40,000 nt of DNA from Methanoregula sp. (lineage in GTDB: Archaea > Halobacteriota > Methanomicrobia > Methanomicrobiales > Methanospirillaceae): positions 227,320-267,319 of the forward strand of contig NZ_JBAZQA010000002.1 of the NCBI RefSeq assembly GCF_041645475.1, in the 5' to 3' direction. Positions 1 through 8,495 of this stretch are shown piece by piece. The position numbers and the translations under genes are program-made. The notes below the pieces were generated by a model that saw only the letters and a program-made list of their open reading frames with translations, was not told the origin of the DNA and did not search any database. The stretch's first letter is position 1. Each line of letters opens with the position of its first letter.

Positions 1-140
1 ACCTCCCGATTAATTTCTGGAGGTGGAAAAGAGATATTATCCTTGACTCTTTTTCTTGCATATATTTTTGATTCATTTTGTTTGATGAAGTCAGATGTTT
101 TCTTGACATCGTCCTGAGATATTTCCCAAATGAGAGGCAC
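1..140 (-). CDS. Partial hypothetical ORF leaving the window at the left edge (possible GTG start at 140)
   Basis: Open frame on the minus strand from a GTG at 138-140 to position 1 (…PLIWEISQDDVKKTSDFIKQNESKIYARKRVKDNISFPPPEINRE…). It lies directly downstream of, and on the same strand as, the TA pair. No recognisable motif. Confidence 0.2.
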   Translation of the reverse strand, partial: MPLIWEISQDDVKKTSDFIKQNESKIYARKRVKDNISFPPPEINRE

Positions 141-188
141 CGTTTCACCACAGTATCAGAATAAGTCTCAATAGCAATTCGAAGAGGG

Positions 189-1313
189 TTAAGGTTGGGT
201 GTGAGAATGATAACTCTCTTTCAACTTGTTCAAATGAGTATATTTGATAATTCCTTCGTGTTGCAATCGTCCGACAACAATACCTGGGTGAATCTTGATC
301 TTTGAAGCAAATTCCAAGACTGATTTCTCACTTTTTAATTTTTTCAATTCGTTCGAATATTTGGGGGGAATCAGGAACTCGCTTGCCCATTTATCCGCAT
401 CACGTTCTTCTTTCAGGTCCACTCTTTTTCCGTCAATCTCGTCAAGAAAAATTTCTTTTTTATCCTGTTTTAAAAGGTGAGCTATCTCATGGAAAAAAGT
501 GAACCAGATTCGATCATTTGTCTTGCCATAGAGAGATAACTGGATTATTGGTTGATTGGGTTTCAACCACCGGGCAATACCACTCACATGTGCCCGGGGA
601 ATAGACGGGATGATTACTAAAATTACACCGGACTTCAAACATATTTCTTTCAAAGTTTCTTCAATCTCATTAAAGTGAGAAAGAGTAAGTGGTCGAATAG
701 TTTCTAAAGATTCTTCAAAAGTGCTTTTATTGAATTTTGGACTGTCGATCTTTTCCGCTTCAATTTCCCCCAGTCGGATCCAAGACGAAATCGCACCGAA
801 ATCACTCTGATCAGCCCGGGTGCATCTGAATGATCCAGACATTTTCGCAGTATGTGCTTCCCATGCGGCGGGAGATGCTACCTTGAATAATCGTAAAAGA
901 TCATCGACAATTTCAGCGAAGTATTTTTTAGCTACTCTTCGAGTCGGAATATATCCATGTTCCATCAAATCATGGATTGGCAATTTTTTTGCCCATTCAC
1001 CCCATGATTCAAGGCGCTTGGTTTCATGTAACCTGGCGAGATTCTGTTGATATTGTTCCTCCCGGTTCAACCAGAATTCCGCTGTACTGCCGAGCACACG
1101 TTCGAGTTTCAGAGCGGTATCTCTTGTTATGGGTGTTTTTGCTTTGATGATTTCATTGACATGTTTCTGAGACAACTCCATCCTCATAGCAAATTCAGCT
1201 TGCGTCCAACCGCGTTCTTCTAAGAGATCGGTGATGGTCTCTCCGGGTAATGAGACCCAATCCGGCGTGAAACGCTTCATTTTAATAGTCATGGTAATTT
1301 CCGATATATTCAA
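189..1313 (-). CDS. HigA-like XRE-family HTH antitoxin fused to an ImmA/IrrE (M78, COG2856-type) zinc-metallopeptidase domain
   Basis: N-terminal HTH (GWTQAEFAMRMELSQKHVNEIIKAKTPIT). C-terminal HEXXH (FFHEIAHLL) in the usual ImmA/IrrE context. It abuts or overlaps the upstream toxin gene. The real start is probably ATG 1292 or 1280 rather than 1313. Confidence 0.8.
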   Translation of the reverse strand: MNISEITMTIKMKRFTPDWVSLPGETITDLLEERGWTQAEFAMRMELSQKHVNEIIKAKTPITRDTALKLERVLGSTAEFWLNREEQYQQNLARLHETKRLESWGEWAKKLPIHDLMEHGYIPTRRVAKKYFAEIVDDLLRLFKVASPAAWEAHTAKMSGSFRCTRADQSDFGAISSWIRLGEIEAEKIDSPKFNKSTFEESLETIRPLTLSHFNEIEETLKEICLKSGVILVIIPSIPRAHVSGIARWLKPNQPIIQLSLYGKTNDRIWFTFFHEIAHLLKQDKKEIFLDEIDGKRVDLKEERDADKWASEFLIPPKYSNELKKLKSEKSVLEFASKIKIHPGIVVGRLQHEGIIKYTHLNKLKESYHSHTQP

Positions 1314-1614
1314 TGGTGACTTTGTTCACTTTGGACCAGTCAATCCTGCCATCTTTTGTTGGAACTGGTGAGTTCGCCGGTACGAATGTTAATCGGACAA
1401 GTCCAACAAGAGATAATGAATACTCTCCAGCACGCTCTCTTTTAAGTTCATGAGGATTTCCGGCGGGTAAATTTGTCGCAAAAGGAGCAGCCTGAATTTC
1501 TGAAAGACGAGTTCTCAATTTTTTTGCACAGGGAGCACCGAGTTTACGATTGGCTTCTCTTTCGCTTTCACAGATCGCCTGCAGCTCCGGAGTTTTAAAG
1601 CCCACGATGTCCAT
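1282..1614 (-). CDS. HigB-like toxin (RelE/ParE superfamily, plasmid-killer type)
   Basis: 110 aa. NPHELKRERAGEYSLSLVGLVRLTF and the C-terminal IEYIGNYHDY fit the HigB/killer-protein pattern. The toxin-first gene order with an HTH antitoxin is typical of HigBA. Confidence 0.7.
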   Translation of the reverse strand: MDIVGFKTPELQAICESEREANRKLGAPCAKKLRTRLSEIQAAPFATNLPAGNPHELKRERAGEYSLSLVGLVRLTFVPANSPVPTKDGRIDWSKVNKVTIEYIGNYHDY

Positions 1615-1627
1615 TTACGGCAAGATA

Positions 1628-1650
1628 TTATTTACCTTGTAGGTAAATAA
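1628..1650. promoter_or_regulatory. Palindrome TTATTTACC-n5-GGTAAATAA just upstream of the toxin gene; candidate TA operator
   Basis: Perfect 9-bp arms (1628-1636 and 1642-1650) located 14 nt upstream of the start at 1614, in an AT-rich promoter-like stretch. Confidence 0.4.
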
Positions 1651-1733
1651 CACTGTCGCTAGAAACTTACTGATTTGTCAATTTGAAATTCTAATGGCGA
1701 GGTTTGGGATGAATTGAGATTGCTCTGTTACGA

Positions 1734-2199
1734 TCAAGATCCAAACGGAAACCCGGGACAAACTTGCGGATACCTGGAAAAAATCGGAGAGCTATGACAC
1801 AACTCACATTCCGTAGAGGTTCCAACAAAGCTAAACATTTTGCTAACGCATCCCACGGGAGTGTCTCTCGGGCATGCCAATACGGGCCCGATACGGGTCC
1901 CGATTAGCCGTTTCCGGATCCAGACCATCCACTTACTGCAAAAACGCAGCCATTTGACCCTCCCTTTACCCGTGGAAATCTGCGGATTTCCGCCGGAATT
2001 CCATCCCCCCTTAACCATCCCCATATGGGTCAATTGGGATGGCGGAAGTCTCCTCAAATCGGACATCTGGGGGGGACCGGAGATTGGAGCGGGGTCCGGG
2101 AGACCTCTCCCCGGTACCTTACCATCATATGACGGAGATCGGTTCATGGTGGAAAAACGTGAGGAAGATCGGGATTTTGGGAACGGGTTGTTAAAAAAA
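1734..2199. repeat. GC-rich non-coding block embedded in the AT-rich island; shares short motifs with the backbone intergenic repeats
   Basis: Composition matches the GC-rich backbone. It contains GCCAATACGGGC and GGGTCCCGATTAG, which recur as GCCAAAATRCGGG and GGGYCCGGATTAG in the repeats at 17.1, 22.1, 38.9 and 39.4 kb. The ORFs here overlap on both strands and look non-coding. Confidence 0.35.
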
Positions 2200-3205
2200 T
2201 TGCTCTGTAGAAAAGATTTCTTTGAGTGAGAATCGAGCAGAGATTAACCAAAAGATCTAAGGTACGGTGTCTCCTTACAATGTTATGCGAGTAACGAATA
2301 AGGAGACAATAAAGAAATCGTCAGGCCGGTTTATCAGTTTTATCAAACATGCATTCTCGTTAGTACGTTCATCTCATCTCTCGCTGTATTCCTGCAAATA
2401 TTCGAGAAGAGATTATACCCAGCATCAACTTCTGACATTACTTCTCTTCAAAGAATATCGAAAAGAAGACTACCGAACGGTTATCTGGAATCTCGAAGAG
2501 ATGGACCGGATCCGGGAAGCCTTGGTCTTACGACAATTCCGCACTTCACCACGCTTCAGAAATTTCTCTGCCGAATCAAACCCATCTACTTCGATATTCT
2601 CTTAAAATGTACCCTGAAACTATTCTATTTCCCCGAAGACACAATTCCGATTACTGCCATCGATTCATCCGGGTTTACCAGCGGATATTGCAGTCATTAT
2701 TACTCGGAAAGAACCGGAAAGATCCGAAAACATTTCCTGAAAACTTCGATTGTTGTCGATATCGAACTGCAGGTTATCATCGGATTTATGATATCGAACA
2801 GCCGAGTCCATGATTCCCGACATGCTTTCTCTCTTCTGAAAAAATGTCACAAACTCCTTAAATCGCAGTGTTATGTCATGGACCGTGGATACGACTCCGA
2901 GAAAATGCACCGGTTTATTCGCGAATCTCTTCATGCAGACTCGATTATTCCAGCTCGTTCTCATCAATTTTCCACGAATGTCTGGGGGAAATATCGAAAG
3001 GAGATGACCGAGAATTTTGATTCAACTCGCTATCGAAAACGGTTCCTGGTCGAAACCAAGTTCTCCGTCATCAAACGGAGGTTCGGAGCTGACCTGAAAT
3101 CCCGAAAATTTCAGACCCAGATGAAGGAAATCTCTTGCAAGATCATTCTCGCTAACATTGACAGGTTCATACAATTTGTTTGGAGAATGGTTTTCTACAG
3201 AGCAA
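2200..3205 (+). mobile_element. Insertion sequence (~1 kb, IS4/IS5-type DDE transposase) with perfect 15-bp terminal inverted repeats
   Basis: TTGCTCTGTAGAAAA (2200-2214) is the exact reverse complement of TTTTCTACAGAGCAA (3191-3205). Both ends are flanked by A-runs, a possible target duplication. The repeats enclose a DDE transposase reading frame. Confidence 0.7.
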
Positions 3206-3261
3206 AAAAATTATGCGTGACCAGGAGATCTGAGAAATGTTGGGTTGAAGTATTCTTGTGA
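2267..3261 (+). pseudogene. DDE transposase (DDE_Tnp_1-like) interrupted by one -1 frameshift near 2518-2522
   Basis: Motifs VMDRGYDS and YRKRFLVETKFSVIKRRFG. The N-terminal part (…QHQLLTLLLFKEYRKEDYRTVIWNLEEMDRIREA) is in the frame of 2267. The continuation (LGLTTIPHFTTLQKFLCRIKP…AIDSSGF…) is in the frame of 2788-3261. No obvious slippery heptamer at the junction. Confidence 0.7.
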
Positions 3262-3279
3262 CATTTTCTATTTGATTAT

Positions 3280-5004
3280 TCAATCAACAAATTCGGCCAA
3301 TTTTTTATTTTTTGGAACAGCTTTCGATACAATCTGTATCATATCTCCGATACCTTTTGCCTTGATGAATCTAAATTTATTATTTACTAAATTTCCGAGA
3401 ACAAGTCGATACTTATCCCCAGCAATAACCGCGATCGTATCATATTGAATGAGATCTTGTTTCAATTTAATTTCAACATTCGGGCGGATTTTTTCCACGT
3501 CACAAATAGTATTTAGGCGTTGATCATAAGTCTCTAGGGAGAACTCTGGAGTTATTAACCCATGTTTTGCTGAAATAATACGATAGTCAAAATGCATAGC
3601 TTCTGCATAAGCACGTACTTTTTTAAACAGGGTTCCTTGGTAGAGTTCTTTTGCCATTACCTTGCCGTTTGATCCCTCTTCACAAGTGAGTTTGTTTTTC
3701 GAGCACCCGGTAATTACTAAAACATTTTCTTTCCCTTTTAAAAAATCCAGATTTGTTCGTTCGAGTGATCTGATTTGTTTCTCTAACTCTTTCTTTTTAC
3801 ACCGTTCCCATTTTGCTTTATCTTTCAAAATTTCATTAAATACGAACACATTATGAAAACCTCTCCTCCGGTTGCGATTATTTCCACGAAATATCACGAC
3901 ATCAATTTTAATTTCCTTGCAAATTGGGCAGGAGCATTGTTTCCAAGGTTTAGATTCCAATGTCCGTTGATAATACTTCAATAACTCTGGGTCTTCATGC
4001 ATTCGCTCAATAAATTTTTTTAATTTTTCCATGACTTTCTTAAGAGAGATCTCATCGTCATCGAATTTTCTTAAAGAGTTAAGACAATCGTTTGATAAAC
4101 TCGCATATTCATCAGGGTCGATGAATTCTAATTTTTCTTTCGTTAACTTTGATGGTATCCGGATTGCTGAATACCCTGTCCACGATTGATCTATATAATT
4201 AAATTCTGTATGTGCAGAAGTCAACCACGCTTTTCGGAGATGTGATGATGAATCAAACGACGTGGAAATTCCCATATCATCAAGCTCTTTGAATTTAGAG
4301 AATAGTGAATATCGTGCCACTCCGAAAAAATGAATTAACTCTGGCTTCTTTTTTGTTTTATTGATATCTTCAATTAAGGCCTCGATTAGTTGAATAATAA
4401 ATGTGGTTTGTGTTCGTACCAAACCACCAAATGCGAAATGTCGAATTCCATTTTTGTAGAACTTATTGAACATTAGAAGATAATCACGAATTTCAGCACC
4501 TTGAACCGCAACGATTAGCTGAAAATCTTCCTTATACTTATTTTTCCACTCATTATGTGCTTCAACACCGTTTTTGAATGTAATTTCTATACGTTGTTTG
4601 TTTTTTTCCTTATGCATAGGAACAACTAAATGGTCAATGCTAACTCCATAATTGAAATCTAAGTCGCTGTAAATTTTTAAAACATCGGATGTTTTATAGG
4701 GAGGAATTTCTTGATCGATATATGAAAAAGCGCCACAATCCGCGAGAATTTGAAAATCCTGTGGTAGTCCTAAAAAGCTATGAATGCCTTTATCGAGAAT
4801 CGATTTGTATTTTCTTGTGTTTTGCTGAAGATTCGCAATAGAGACAAGAACTCCATCAAAAGGGACTTTTTCTTTCTCGAAGATATCCCACATATAGGAG
4901 TCGTTTTCCATAGGATTTGCATTATGCATCGCAGAATGGGAATCGGTTGAAAAATCATAGCCGGGATCGACCCGGTCGTCCCACTCGGGGATGAAAAAGC
5001 GCAT
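3280..5004 (-). CDS. TGT-fold (DpdA-like transglycosylase) protein fused to a C-terminal DUF6884-like domain
   Basis: The N-terminal ~395 aa carry the ordered TGT signatures: ILADCGAFSY (cf. DSGGFQ), HFAFGGLV (cf. AIGGL), IHFFGVARY, TSFDSSSHL, and zinc motif CSCPIC-x21-H (nt 3853-3936). C-terminal aa ~427-565 (nt ~3310-3726; VLVITGCSKNK…AKELYQGTLFKK…IISAKHGLITP…YDQRL) fit my recollection of DUF6884. Confidence 0.7.
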   Translation of the reverse strand: MRFFIPEWDDRVDPGYDFSTDSHSAMHNANPMENDSYMWDIFEKEKVPFDGVLVSIANLQQNTRKYKSILDKGIHSFLGLPQDFQILADCGAFSYIDQEIPPYKTSDVLKIYSDLDFNYGVSIDHLVVPMHKEKNKQRIEITFKNGVEAHNEWKNKYKEDFQLIVAVQGAEIRDYLLMFNKFYKNGIRHFAFGGLVRTQTTFIIQLIEALIEDINKTKKKPELIHFFGVARYSLFSKFKELDDMGISTSFDSSSHLRKAWLTSAHTEFNYIDQSWTGYSAIRIPSKLTKEKLEFIDPDEYASLSNDCLNSLRKFDDDEISLKKVMEKLKKFIERMHEDPELLKYYQRTLESKPWKQCSCPICKEIKIDVVIFRGNNRNRRRGFHNVFVFNEILKDKAKWERCKKKELEKQIRSLERTNLDFLKGKENVLVITGCSKNKLTCEEGSNGKVMAKELYQGTLFKKVRAYAEAMHFDYRIISAKHGLITPEFSLETYDQRLNTICDVEKIRPNVEIKLKQDLIQYDTIAVIAGDKYRLVLGNLVNNKFRFIKAKGIGDMIQIVSKAVPKNKKLAEFVD

Positions 5005-5062
5005 TAATATGATTCTGTTTCGGATAGTGAAATTTGTTTTTATTTTATGTATTATGGATGAA

Positions 5063-6046
5063 TTACGGATATCTTAACTCATGAGGACTGCTCGGACAAT
5101 CCCATCGTTTATCACAAGTTGTACAGGTATCATCTCCAGGAAGGTTCTCCGCAGTTGGAGCATCCCAACGTTCAACTTGTTTACAGTGTTCAATATTTTT
5201 AACAGTATGGTGAAATTCGTCGAGCGCTTCATGAATATTTTCTATATTTGCGGGATCAGTAAAATCTAATGAAAAGATTGCTTTCTGTCGCATCATTAAA
5301 ATTTGTTGTTCTGATGGATTTGGAATTGCTCGACTGGATAATTCATTTAAAAAATATAATACTCCTTTTTTTGGGTATTTTCCAGTTTTCAAATGATACA
5401 TATAAGCGTAAACAAGTAATTGAAAACGATAATTTTGCATTCTTCTTTGATTTTGTTGATTTTGTGGTTGATGCAATGGATTTTTTGCAGCTTTATAATC
5501 CCAAATTTCTACTAGATCATATTCTTCTGGGATCTCTTCGTCAGATGTATCTTTTAGTACGTCAACAACACCCTGTAAGATATACCCATTCTGTTGATTC
5601 TGAAACCGGTATTCAGTATCTCTAATATTGGGATAAAGGGATGCACCTTCGATCGCATTAAATTGCTGTAATATTCTTAAAGCATGTTGTTCGTCGCCAT
5701 CTCGGTCTAATGTTCGACTATATGATTTAATTCCGCGAACTCGCAAACTTTCATTTATCTGAATAAAAAAAACTTCAACATCATTTTGGGTGGGGAGTTG
5801 TCCTTGGCGTTCAGGATTCAAACGACCTTGATATTGTTGATGTAGTTTATCAAGAACCTGATGAATAATTGTTCCAAACCACAGTTGAATATTATGAGCA
5901 GGGGTATAACCTCGTTGTGAAAAAAAGCCATACTGTCTTGGACAGGTTTTATACGCCAAGATATCTCCAGTGATGCTATATGTGGGTAATGGTTCGTGAA
6001 GATCTCTTCGTGTTACAGTTATGGAATTAAATTCTTCAAATGGCAT
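5063..6046 (-). CDS. PD-(D/E)XK nuclease of the Cas4/AddB type with a four-cysteine Fe-S signature
   Basis: N-terminal Cys (YKTCPRQY) plus C-terminal CTTCDKRWDC gives C…CX2CX5C. Nuclease core GVVDVL…VEIWDYK and QLLVYAY (QxxxY). Likely start is ATG 6046, preceded by AGGGGG, 11 nt after the helicase stop. The ORF-track start 6130 would overlap the helicase. Confidence 0.75.
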   Translation of the reverse strand: MPFEEFNSITVTRRDLHEPLPTYSITGDILAYKTCPRQYGFFSQRGYTPAHNIQLWFGTIIHQVLDKLHQQYQGRLNPERQGQLPTQNDVEVFFIQINESLRVRGIKSYSRTLDRDGDEQHALRILQQFNAIEGASLYPNIRDTEYRFQNQQNGYILQGVVDVLKDTSDEEIPEEYDLVEIWDYKAAKNPLHQPQNQQNQRRMQNYRFQLLVYAYMYHLKTGKYPKKGVLYFLNELSSRAIPNPSEQQILMMRQKAIFSLDFTDPANIENIHEALDEFHHTVKNIEHCKQVERWDAPTAENLPGDDTCTTCDKRWDCPSSPHELRYP

Positions 6047-6056
6047 GAAATTCCCC

Positions 6057-8399
6057 CTAAATAAAATGAACAATTTGTCGAAAACGATTTGGATCTCTTC
6101 CAATAATACCAAATCCAGTTTGGTTATCACCAGTTCGACTTATCCGAAGTTCCTGTTGTGTCAATAAATGAATCAATGCGCATCTTGCTCTTGAATAAGC
6201 TACAAAATAAAATCTTATTTTGTCTTGAGCGGATTTGTCGTGACATGCAATATTGTTTTGAATTTGGTTTTGACAAAATGGTGCATAATCACATTCAATA
6301 TGAATTGATTCATCTTCATCGTCTTCTTGTTGACTTAATCCCCAAATAAAAACAAAATCGAATTCTAAACCTTTTGCTTGGTGAACAGTCATAATTGGTA
6401 AGTGATTAGGAGGTGCGATAATCTCATCATCCTCAGGATCATTTTCGCCGTATGCCATTAGACGAGTAACAAAGAGTTTATAAAAATCCATTAACCATTT
6501 ATGACTGGCATACCCTCCCCGACTACTCGCCCAAATTTCTCCACGATTCGATCTTCGATTTTGATCAAAATAAGGTATTGCAGAAAATTGTTCAAATAAT
6601 GATGATAATTTTCCTAATCGGTACGTTCGTTCAGGATCTTCTTTCCAGTTAGAAAACGGTTGCCGAGAAATAATAAGATAGAATAATTCCGCCATTGACA
6701 GTTTTAGTTTTTCTTGAGGTTGTTTTTGTCGAATACGCCTAGTGGCTTCGTTAACATACATCGATAATTCGGCAGAATTAGGTGCAATTCGTTGATATTC
6801 CTGGATCCATTGCTGTACATTTCTTCCAATATTATTTTTTACCGCCGTTCCTCCTCTCATATACCTAATTCCTTCCAGGTCAGGATCAATAATTGATATA
6901 AATGCTCCAAGAGCAACCGCAATTTCTTCTTGAACCAAAAATTGTCGAGATCGGGGGTTATAAGGAGTGATTCCTTGATTTTTTAATTCATTTACAAATT
7001 GTAATGCATGTCTACTCGTCTCTCTAACGGATTTCATTAAAAGAACGCATTGGCTATAATCTTGAATTTTATTATTGTCATGTAACCATTTGACCATCGA
7101 AGCAAACTGACGTGCAGTATCAGATTTTGTATTCGTGCGAATACAGGTAACAGAGGGATAATTTCCATGAACTTGTGAACCGAATACCAATCTCGGTTTG
7201 TTTTGGATTCGAGCTCCAGGCATATTCATTTGAGGAAATGAAAGAAGATATTCGTTACAATATTCAACGATTTTTTCATGTGAACGATAATTTGTATTTA
7301 AGTAACGAGATGTACATTCGACGCTCCATTGTTGTTGACATCTTTGACTAAAATTAACAATGCATTCAACAGTGCCTCCTCTGAAACGATATAAGGCTTG
7401 ATCATCATCACCAACAATACAAATATTATGAGGGGCATTTCGTGACAGAGAGAAATAAATTAATTCCTGGATTGGATTTGTATCTTGATATTCATCAACC
7501 ATCAAATACTCAAGTCGAGGATACATTTCATAATTCTCGGGATCTCCATCGACAAACAACCGTCCGTGAGGGGTGTTAAGAAATTCTAAAAATTTTGATT
7601 GTAACGTTGAAAAATCACATCTTTGAAAATGTGTTAATTGTTCTTGATATTGCTCGAATCCCTCAACAAGAAGTCGCCACGAATCCCCAGATTCGCGCAT
7701 TAAATTTAAGTTAATTCGATATTCTGTAATCCGGTTGAATAAATTAATTGCAGCTCTCGTGAGCGCCCATTTATTTGGTGGATATTGATGATTATTCCAC
7801 CCTCTATATCCACTTACGGGGTCATATTTTTCAAATAAATAATCAAATTGCTCGTAAACAGGAAGATAATGATCATCTTCTTGAACGAGATTCGAATGTT
7901 CAAATGTGAAAAGGAATTGTTCAAAGTCATCCATTAATCGGAAATTTTGATAATCCGGTGAATGATATTCTTGCATCACATCATTACAGAGACTATGAAG
8001 AGTACAAATTCTAAGATTGTAAATATCAATTGATTCCTGTAATTTTGGATGGTGCTCAAAAAAATATTCTGCGCCAGTGATAATCCTTTCTTTGATATTT
8101 TTTGCAGCCTTTTCAGTGAACGTTGTAACAATTATTGATTTGGGATCAACATTTCGAACAAAAAGAAGATAAAGCGTTCTTAAAACAAGCGTTTCAGTTT
8201 TTCCCGACCCAGGACCAGCAATTATGTGCAATGGACCATTTGTGTGAGTGATGATTTTTCCTTGTTCATTTAATATAATCTCACCGGCGGCATTCGTATT
8301 ATAAATTCTATATCCTAAACGAGGTTCCAATAATTGACTGAATTCTTGAAATTCCATGTTATCCATCCGGTGGTTGTACTTGTTTATTACGGATGTCAC
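6057..8399 (-). CDS. UvrD/Rep-family SF1 DNA helicase
   Basis: Walker A IIAGPGSGKTET, motif II MVDEYQDTNP, YRFRGG and TVHQAKGLEFDFVF. The start may be one of the downstream ATGs (8366 or 8357). Confidence 0.9.
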   Translation of the reverse strand: MTSVINKYNHRMDNMEFQEFSQLLEPRLGYRIYNTNAAGEIILNEQGKIITHTNGPLHIIAGPGSGKTETLVLRTLYLLFVRNVDPKSIIVTTFTEKAAKNIKERIITGAEYFFEHHPKLQESIDIYNLRICTLHSLCNDVMQEYHSPDYQNFRLMDDFEQFLFTFEHSNLVQEDDHYLPVYEQFDYLFEKYDPVSGYRGWNNHQYPPNKWALTRAAINLFNRITEYRINLNLMRESGDSWRLLVEGFEQYQEQLTHFQRCDFSTLQSKFLEFLNTPHGRLFVDGDPENYEMYPRLEYLMVDEYQDTNPIQELIYFSLSRNAPHNICIVGDDDQALYRFRGGTVECIVNFSQRCQQQWSVECTSRYLNTNYRSHEKIVEYCNEYLLSFPQMNMPGARIQNKPRLVFGSQVHGNYPSVTCIRTNTKSDTARQFASMVKWLHDNNKIQDYSQCVLLMKSVRETSRHALQFVNELKNQGITPYNPRSRQFLVQEEIAVALGAFISIIDPDLEGIRYMRGGTAVKNNIGRNVQQWIQEYQRIAPNSAELSMYVNEATRRIRQKQPQEKLKLSMAELFYLIISRQPFSNWKEDPERTYRLGKLSSLFEQFSAIPYFDQNRRSNRGEIWASSRGGYASHKWLMDFYKLFVTRLMAYGENDPEDDEIIAPPNHLPIMTVHQAKGLEFDFVFIWGLSQQEDDEDESIHIECDYAPFCQNQIQNNIACHDKSAQDKIRFYFVAYSRARCALIHLLTQQELRISRTGDNQTGFGIIGRDPNRFRQIVHFI

Positions 8400-8403
8400 C
8401 GAT

Positions 8404-8444
8404 AAACTTATTCATTTGGTGACCATTTAAACGAAAATAAGTTT
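8404..8444. promoter_or_regulatory. Inverted repeat AAACTTATT-n23-AATAAGTTT between the ATPase operon and the helicase gene
   Basis: Perfect 9-bp arms at 8404-8412 and 8436-8444, immediately upstream of the helicase start. Function is unknown (operator or transcript-end structure). Confidence 0.2.
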
Positions 8445-8495
8445 TTAGGGGAATGATTATCATCAAAATATGTAAAAGTTAATCACCGAAAAAAT

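Noticed and set aside
1734-2229. Overlapping ORFs 1734-2147 (minus) and 1840-2229 (plus) as genes
   Set aside because: They overlap each other almost completely and have proline/glycine-rich translations with no motifs. The DNA shares motifs with non-coding intergenic repeats elsewhere in the window.
2607-2813. 68-aa ORF as a third transposase fragment
   Set aside because: The frame of 2788-3261 is already open and transposase-like from ~2521 (LGLTTIPHFTTLQKF…AIDSSGF…). A single frameshift explains the gene, and this ORF is in the wrong frame.
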